Part shown: positions 58,357 through 64,000 of the stretch, in pieces
Layout of the letters: each line of letters starts with the position of its first letter
Position numbering within the stretch: position 1 is the stretch's first letter
NCBI GenBank assembly: GCA_048270185.1
Contig: JBLWTJ010000001.1
Location: 1,600,001 to 1,664,000 of the forward strand
Length of the DNA stretch: 64,000 nt
Reading direction: 5' to 3'
Origin: Bacteriovoracaceae bacterium
GTDB lineage: Bacteria > Bdellovibrionota > Bacteriovoracia > Bacteriovoracales > Bacteriovoracaceae
Position numbers and translations under genes: made by a program
The notes under the pieces: model-generated
The model's input: only the letters and a program-made list of their open reading frames with translations
Databases searched by the model: none
What the model was told of the DNA's origin: nothing

Positions 58357-59153
58357 TCGATGCCTTTATAAAGTAATTTAATCTCATCTACTGTTAGCTT
58401 ATTCTTATGATGCCAACTTAAATCATTTTCAATCATAGTAAGACCTTGTCCCTTGATCGTATGACAGATAATGCAAAGAGGTTTATTTTGATTTTGATTT
58501 AAGATATCTAATAAAGTCTCACTTGAATTAACCATATCGACTTCGGCCACATCAAAACCAAAACTTCTCCACTTATCAGGAAAAGGTTCGAGTGGACAAA
58601 CTTCACTTACACTACCGTAAGACTGAAGCTTATTATAATCAATGATGACAATCAGATTATCTAATTTGTTCTTAGAAGCTGACAATGCCGCTTCCCAAAC
58701 TGTACCTTCGTTACATTCGCCATCACCAAGGATCGCCACAACTTTCTTATTCGATTTATTCTTCTTATTAGAGCAGGCCATTCCCACTGCAACAGGTAAA
58801 CCGTGTCCTAGAGACCCAGTAGAAAACTCTATACCTGGAACACGCTGGCGCGATGGGTGCCCTCCAAGTATTCCATCTACCTTACATAATTTGTCATATT
58901 CTGATTCATCAAAGAAACCTTTCTCTTTTAAAATCGCATATAGAGAAAGACAGCCATGTCCCTTACTTAAAATAATACGATGTCGGTCTAAACTTTCAAA
59001 ATCGGCAGGAGTTAAATTGTATTTGTAATAATAGAGAGTAACAAGAATTTCCACAAGAGAGTAAGCAGAAGGGAGATGCCCGCGTCCACCGCGAACAAAT
59101 AAATTAAGTGTTTCTTTTCGAATCGTCTTGCATAAATCCTTAAAATCTTTCAT
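58353..59153 (-). CDS. Transketolase N-terminal subunit, pair 2
   Basis: GHL, ILSKGHG, GGHP, TGSLGHG, GDGECNEG...DYN, TIKGQG, WHH. Confidence 0.92.
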   Translation of the reverse strand: MKDFKDLCKTIRKETLNLFVRGGRGHLPSAYSLVEILVTLYYYKYNLTPADFESLDRHRIILSKGHGCLSLYAILKEKGFFDESEYDKLCKVDGILGGHPSRQRVPGIEFSTGSLGHGLPVAVGMACSNKKNKSNKKVVAILGDGECNEGTVWEAALSASKNKLDNLIVIIDYNKLQSYGSVSEVCPLEPFPDKWRSFGFDVAEVDMVNSSETLLDILNQNQNKPLCIICHTIKGQGLTMIENDLSWHHKNKLTVDEIKLLYKGIE

Positions 59154-60501
59154 GTATTAATGATACTACTTTTTGTTGCCAAGACCAATATCTATTCCCT
59201 TGCTCTTTATTTGCAAGCATTTGTTTGAGATATTGATTTGAACGTTCAAAATCACCATCATGTTTTGCCATAATTAGGAGCCATTCAAAGGCAATCAGGT
59301 CATAGTAATTGAGAGTCTGTTTCCAAAATTCTTTCTTATCAGTAGCAAGTTCGCTAAATAAACCAATAAGAGATATGCATTCTTTATCATCTAGATCTTG
59401 ACCAACATGATGAATAGCATTTAAGAAGCTACGACTGAGATCATCATGACCAAACGATTCAAAATCAAAAACATAGAGATGATCATCAATTTTTGAAAAA
59501 TTCTTTCGATGGAAGTCTGGAAAACAAATCGAGCGAGTCATTTGCGTCACTTCTAGCTTATTAATTATTTCTTCAAGAATCTCTTTGTACTGGTTTGGTA
59601 CTTTATTAAGCTTTGATAGTCGATCACCAATATTGTCAATATAAGACTGATTGTTTCTAATACCATGTGAAGCGTAGAAATGAATTTCTTTTCTCTGCAT
59701 TCGATTAAAAAACACTTTAAACGCTTTACAGAACCAGTCATCAAATCGAGTAATCTCTTGATGTTCAATAAAATTTTCTACAAAGAAGCATTCGCCACTT
59801 ATTATAACTTCATGCCTTAATAAGCCAATATTTCTGGCACCTAATTCTCGCTCCACACGATGAATGTCATTAATAATCTTGATAAAAAACTGTTTTTCAA
59901 TTGAACAAAATTTAAAAGAATTGCGTCCTACTGGTGTAATATGTGGACCAATACTATACTTCTTGATAAACCCTAGCAGGTTAAAGATATCATTCCACTT
60001 AAATAAATTGAGAAAGCCTTTATTACGATAAGTTCGATGTATCTTAAAAATACTCGCATCAATATGACTTAGAATATTAGCGAGGTCATCTATAACAATA
60101 TTGAAACCTGATCTATTAATATACTCAATCTTCTCAGAAGACTCTTCGAAAAGATTAATTTTTAGGTGATTAAGCTTACAAGACTTCAATTTTGACAAGA
60201 GTGCCTTATGTAAGTCATAGCGGCCACAATAACTGGTCTTACTTCGATGACTAACTAGCTCAATTTCAAAAATTTCACTATCGACAAGTAGGAGAAACGC
60301 CTCTTCAATAGTAGCTTCTTCAATAAGTTCGCCATAAACTCGCCCCTGTAACCGTAGCCACTCATCATGATTCGTTACATATGATTTAATATCATCTCTA
60401 GTCTGACAATTGGCTATATCAATATTTTCGATTATTGCTGCCTTAGCAAAGAGACCATCATAATCGAGAATAGTATTGTCGATATCAATTGCGATTTTCA
60501 T
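59140..60501 (-). CDS. HAD-like phosphatase / APH-choline kinase-like phosphotransferase fusion
   Basis: MKIAIDIDNT (DxD), VSH, IDD; C-terminal PDFHRKNF and FDFESFG.DD. Confidence 0.7.
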   Translation of the reverse strand: MKIAIDIDNTILDYDGLFAKAAIIENIDIANCQTRDDIKSYVTNHDEWLRLQGRVYGELIEEATIEEAFLLLVDSEIFEIELVSHRSKTSYCGRYDLHKALLSKLKSCKLNHLKINLFEESSEKIEYINRSGFNIVIDDLANILSHIDASIFKIHRTYRNKGFLNLFKWNDIFNLLGFIKKYSIGPHITPVGRNSFKFCSIEKQFFIKIINDIHRVERELGARNIGLLRHEVIISGECFFVENFIEHQEITRFDDWFCKAFKVFFNRMQRKEIHFYASHGIRNNQSYIDNIGDRLSKLNKVPNQYKEILEEIINKLEVTQMTRSICFPDFHRKNFSKIDDHLYVFDFESFGHDDLSRSFLNAIHHVGQDLDDKECISLIGLFSELATDKKEFWKQTLNYYDLIAFEWLLIMAKHDGDFERSNQYLKQMLANKEQGNRYWSWQQKVVSLIHERF

Positions 60502-61474
60502 TTTCGAGATATGTCTTTACAAATTTAACGTTGAAATACTTTAAATCATCCATTGAGTTAGGGAGTTTCCCTTCTTTTAAGGCCTGTGCTAATTCTTTCA
60601 CAGCATCTTCAATTGAATAAAGAGGTTTAAAACCTAATTCTTTTTCAATGAGTTCGCTTGAAATATGATAAGAACGGTTGTCATCAGTTGCAACCGTTTC
60701 GACTTGATCAACCTCACAAATATTACCAATTATTTCAGCAAGCTTTTCAACTGTATGATTTTGGCCGTTAACATTAAAGATTTTCTTCTGAATTTTATCA
60801 GTTGGCATGTCTAATAGATGTAGATATGCACGAACCATATCCTTTATATGAATATTTGGACGCTTTTGTTTTCCACCAAAAACCTTAATACAACCCGTAT
60901 TGATGGCATGATTAGTTAAAATGTTTACAACGACATCTAGTCTTTGCCTACGAGATAGACCACAAACAGTGGCAGGCCTTAAAATCGAAACAATAAAATC
61001 ATTACTGGCATACTTCAGTAGAATATCTTCACATAAAGCTTTGTACTTCGAGTAATCAGTTAAAGGCTCAAGAGATAATCCCTCATGAACATTCGATTCT
61101 TCTTTCACTCCATATACACTCGAAGAGGAAGCATAAATAAACCTAGAGACCCCCGCTTCTTTTGCTGACTGAACCAGCCCTTCAAAACAATCGAAGTTAA
61201 TCGTCTTTGAAAATTCAGGATTGAGATAATAAGAAGGATCATTTGAAATACAAGCGAGGTGAATAACGGTATCAATTCCGTAACAAGACGCTTTGAATGT
61301 ATCTAAGTCTCGAATGTCGGCCTTAATAATTTTAACATCGACTTCATTGAATACAGATTCATCACAATACCAAAAGAGATCATAAACAGTAACTTCATAA
61401 CCTTTTTTACAAAGTTCATGTACTAACTCAACACCAACATAACCAGCTCCGCCAGTTACTAATATCTTACTCAT
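60485..61474 (-). CDS. NAD-dependent epimerase/dehydratase (extended SDR)
   Basis: TGGAGYVG, HLACISNDP, ASSSSVYG, YSKYK, RPATVCG.S.RQRLD. Confidence 0.92.
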   Translation of the reverse strand: MSKILVTGGAGYVGVELVHELCKKGYEVTVYDLFWYCDESVFNEVDVKIIKADIRDLDTFKASCYGIDTVIHLACISNDPSYYLNPEFSKTINFDCFEGLVQSAKEAGVSRFIYASSSSVYGVKEESNVHEGLSLEPLTDYSKYKALCEDILLKYASNDFIVSILRPATVCGLSRRQRLDVVVNILTNHAINTGCIKVFGGKQKRPNIHIKDMVRAYLHLLDMPTDKIQKKIFNVNGQNHTVEKLAEIIGNICEVDQVETVATDDNRSYHISSELIEKELGFKPLYSIEDAVKELAQALKEGKLPNSMDDLKYFNVKFVKTYLENENRN

Positions 61475-63669
61475 TACTTACCTTTTGCAATCTCACTAAA
61501 GAAATTTGGAAATGATTTATCGACACAATCACGATTATCTAGCTTACCTCCACCATTCACTAATTGAAAGAGGTAAGAAACCATAACCATTCGATGATCT
61601 CTTGGAGGAGTTATATCAACTTCTCTTCCGTCTGGGCTTTGCCCCGTTATCTCTAAATAATCCTCTTCACGGTTGTGGGTGTATTCGATGTCATACTTAT
61701 TCATTAAGGACATAACGGCGGTTAAACGATCTGATTCTTTATGAATAAGAACCTCAACACTGCGAAGAATTGTCTTTCCTTGTGCGTATGAAGCAACAAA
61801 ACATAAAGTAGGGATGAGATCAGGACAATCGCGACAATCCATTTCAAAACCATTTAGTGTTTCTAATCCATTAAAGAGCAATCCTTCTTCAGTAAAATCA
61901 AAATCACCCCCAAGCTTTTCAAGTAGTCCAATGAATTGGCTATCAGCTTGAAATCGATCAATTCCTTTACAATTTTCGACAAGAACAGGTCCAGATAAGC
62001 AAGCATACGCTAAAGGGTAACCAAGAGAGCTAAAATCCACCGGAACTTCAAAAACTTCTTCACCACTTTTAAATTTTTCAATTAAATTTAGAGTCATATC
62101 CCAGTAAGGTCGACTAGTTGTCAACGCCACTGGTTCCACATCAATATCTCTTGGCGATAAGGCCATAGCAAGACCTGTGGCAAATTGAGTCGATCGGCTA
62201 CAATCAACTTCATAAACACCTTTTGTAATATTAATTGGTCCTTGAACTTGAAACCAAATATCTTGAGTTCTTACAACGTTAACTTCGAGCTCTTTCAAGC
62301 TTTGTTCCAACTCTTCCATCGGTCTTTCAAACATCTTTTCACTAGGAGTAAGTTTGTATTGATTTTCACCTAGGGCCAACAAAGGAATGATAAAACGATT
62401 CGTTGTCCCACCATCACCAGTATATAATTCAATTGGATCTTCACATGGAATTTCACATTCCGGAAATGAACCTTTAATCGTGACTGCGTCACCATCTTTC
62501 TCAATGCCAAGGCCAATAATCTCAAGGCAATTGAGCATATTAATAACATCACTTGACTCAGGCATATTAAGAAGTTGTATATCCTGAGGATAGAGTGCGG
62601 CAAGAATAAGTGCACGGTTAGCAAATGACTTAGATGGAGGGACTTTAATACGTTTTATAAAATCCTTTGGAGCACCTTTGCCAAGAGCATAATCAAGAAG
62701 CCTTTGTCTCATATCATCAAATGAAACTTTTTGAATTGATGGAGCTCCGATACCATTTGGTAAGATCACTTCAATTTCATTAAGGCTGACAACTTTCTTG
62801 TCTTTTGAGACATAATCCATAATCTCATCGACAGGGAGTGATTCCATCCACGGGCACATCAGAGCATCAAGGCCAAAGACATGCGAGAATTGAGTTAAGA
62901 ACTCATTTTCTTCATCTCTTTCAAAAATATTAAAAATTAACTTCATTCCCCAAAAGACTGCAACTCCATGAGGTATTTCATAAATTTTCTCAAGAGCATG
63001 CCCAAGAGTATGTCCTAGATTTAGGAACTTTCTAACACCACCCTCTTTAAAGTCTTGCTCAACAATTTCTTGCTTATACTTTGCACAGCGAAGTGTAATT
63101 TCATCAAAATTAGCTTCGTTATTAATTAATTGAAAGACCTGCTCGTCTAAGAAATAGTACTTGGCCAATTCACCAAGCCCAGACATGAAGTCTTCCTCAG
63201 CTAATGTGGTTAGAAATTGAGAACAAATATAGATTGTATCAGGTAAGTGAAAAGCACCAATTAAATTTTTTCCAAAATGAGAGTTGACTGCAACTTTACC
63301 ACCAATACTTGCATCAATCATTGAAAGTAATGTTGTTGGAATAACACTCCACTTGATACCTCTAAGAAGCATCGAGGCAACAAGACCAGCAAAATCACTG
63401 CAAGCGCCACCACCAATAGCAACGAGATGAGCACCACGATGAACCCCTCTTTCTAAGAAAAATTCACAAGCTCTCTCAACTTCACTTAGCTTCTTGCAAT
63501 CTTCTCCGGCAGGCGTGACGTAAAGTTCAATCCCTTCTCTTATATCGATAAGGTCTAGATAGAGACTATTGATATTCGAATCAACAACAATAAGAATCTT
63601 ATCTGACTCTATATTGTCGATGATATTATTAATTTCATTTACTTCATCAAATATCGTTATTTGTGACAA
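61474..63669 (-). CDS. aroB-aroA: 3-dehydroquinate synthase / EPSP synthase fusion
   Basis: AroB: GGG, PTTLLSMIDASIGGK, KNLIGAF, LNLGHTLGHA, HG.AV; AroA: PPSKS..NRAL, GTTNRF, RPM, STQFATG, KESDR, DHRM, CVDKSFP. Confidence 0.92.
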   Translation of the reverse strand: MSQITIFDEVNEINNIIDNIESDKILIVVDSNINSLYLDLIDIREGIELYVTPAGEDCKKLSEVERACEFFLERGVHRGAHLVAIGGGACSDFAGLVASMLLRGIKWSVIPTTLLSMIDASIGGKVAVNSHFGKNLIGAFHLPDTIYICSQFLTTLAEEDFMSGLGELAKYYFLDEQVFQLINNEANFDEITLRCAKYKQEIVEQDFKEGGVRKFLNLGHTLGHALEKIYEIPHGVAVFWGMKLIFNIFERDEENEFLTQFSHVFGLDALMCPWMESLPVDEIMDYVSKDKKVVSLNEIEVILPNGIGAPSIQKVSFDDMRQRLLDYALGKGAPKDFIKRIKVPPSKSFANRALILAALYPQDIQLLNMPESSDVINMLNCLEIIGLGIEKDGDAVTIKGSFPECEIPCEDPIELYTGDGGTTNRFIIPLLALGENQYKLTPSEKMFERPMEELEQSLKELEVNVVRTQDIWFQVQGPINITKGVYEVDCSRSTQFATGLAMALSPRDIDVEPVALTTSRPYWDMTLNLIEKFKSGEEVFEVPVDFSSLGYPLAYACLSGPVLVENCKGIDRFQADSQFIGLLEKLGGDFDFTEEGLLFNGLETLNGFEMDCRDCPDLIPTLCFVASYAQGKTILRSVEVLIHKESDRLTAVMSLMNKYDIEYTHNREEDYLEITGQSPDGREVDITPPRDHRMVMVSYLFQLVNGGGKLDNRDCVDKSFPNFFSEIAKGK

Positions 63670-63671
63670 AA

Positions 63672-64000
63672 CTACACCTCGTATGCTTTCTGTCTTAAAT
63701 AGTGATCTGCTAAGACCACCCTTACCATTGATTCAACAACTACAACTGCGCGTGGGAGAATGCATGGATCGTGCCTTCCCTCTTTTGCATTTGCTCCAAC
63801 TGTTGAAGTTGGTTTGAATGTTAAATCAAGATTGATTAATTCACCATTGCTAATACCGCCTTCGATACCACCAAAGTTTGCACTATTTGTACTCACTTCT
63901 TGGCCACTCATATCGGCCATTTTTAAGCCAGCGCCAAAAGAGAAGCCGACACATGCACCAATTGAAAGTAGCGCCTTTGCCAGATCCGCCTTTAATTTAT
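63672..64000 (-). CDS. aroC: Chorismate synthase, 3' part (runs off the window)
   Basis: Frame open to the edge: KLKADLAKALLSIGA...GGIEGGISNG...FKPT...GRHDPCILPRAVVVVESM. Confidence 0.95.
   Translation of the reverse strand, partial: KLKADLAKALLSIGACVGFSFGAGLKMADMSGQEVSTNSANFGGIEGGISNGELINLDLTFKPTSTVGANAKEGRHDPCILPRAVVVVESMVRVVLADHYLRQKAYEV

Noticed and set aside
61474..63669. AroB domain as an aminoglycoside DOI synthase or other sugar-phosphate cyclase
   Set aside because: Fused to EPSP synthase and adjacent to aroC, so it is best read as shikimate pathway.
495..63817. Short ORFs (60-142 aa) antisense to or nested in long genes, e.g. 1222-1650, 51899-52210, 58642-59028
   Set aside because: Shadow ORFs of well-supported genes with no motifs.
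1..64000. Mobile-element hallmarks or RNA genes bounding the island
   Set aside because: No integrase, transposase, tRNA, rRNA or terminal repeats recognised by eye.

Overview
AT-rich, gene-dense bacterial window. The taxonomy is probably Bdellovibrionota (Bacteriovoracaceae-like); this is inferred only from the style of the large prepilin and the compact gene layout. About 60 kb (1843-61474) is one glycan-biosynthesis and tailoring island. It lies between a GMC oxidoreductase on the left and aroC plus an aroB-aroA fusion on the right. The island has 13 radical SAM genes: 8 with a cobalamin-binding domain and 5 with SPASM/twitch domains, one of them fused to a GT2. It also has 5 GT2 domains, 5 large polytopic GT-C-like membrane proteins, 4 DegT-family aminotransferases and two split transketolase pairs. 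Further tailoring genes are an SxtJ/SxtK/carbamoyltransferase module, a split Rieske oxygenase with a tandemly duplicated catalytic domain, a sugar C-methyltransferase, a 2OG-Fe(II) oxygenase and heptose kinase/nucleotidyltransferase homologues. A 689-aa type IV prepilin-like protein with a gp5/VgrG-like octapeptide beta-helix segment heads an apparent operon with a GT-C-like protein. My working hypothesis (inference) is a system that builds radical-SAM-hypermodified sugars, loads them on a lipid carrier and transfers them to surface acceptors such as this pilin. I found no rRNA, tRNA, CRISPR or mobile element. All family calls come from motif reading, not database searches.
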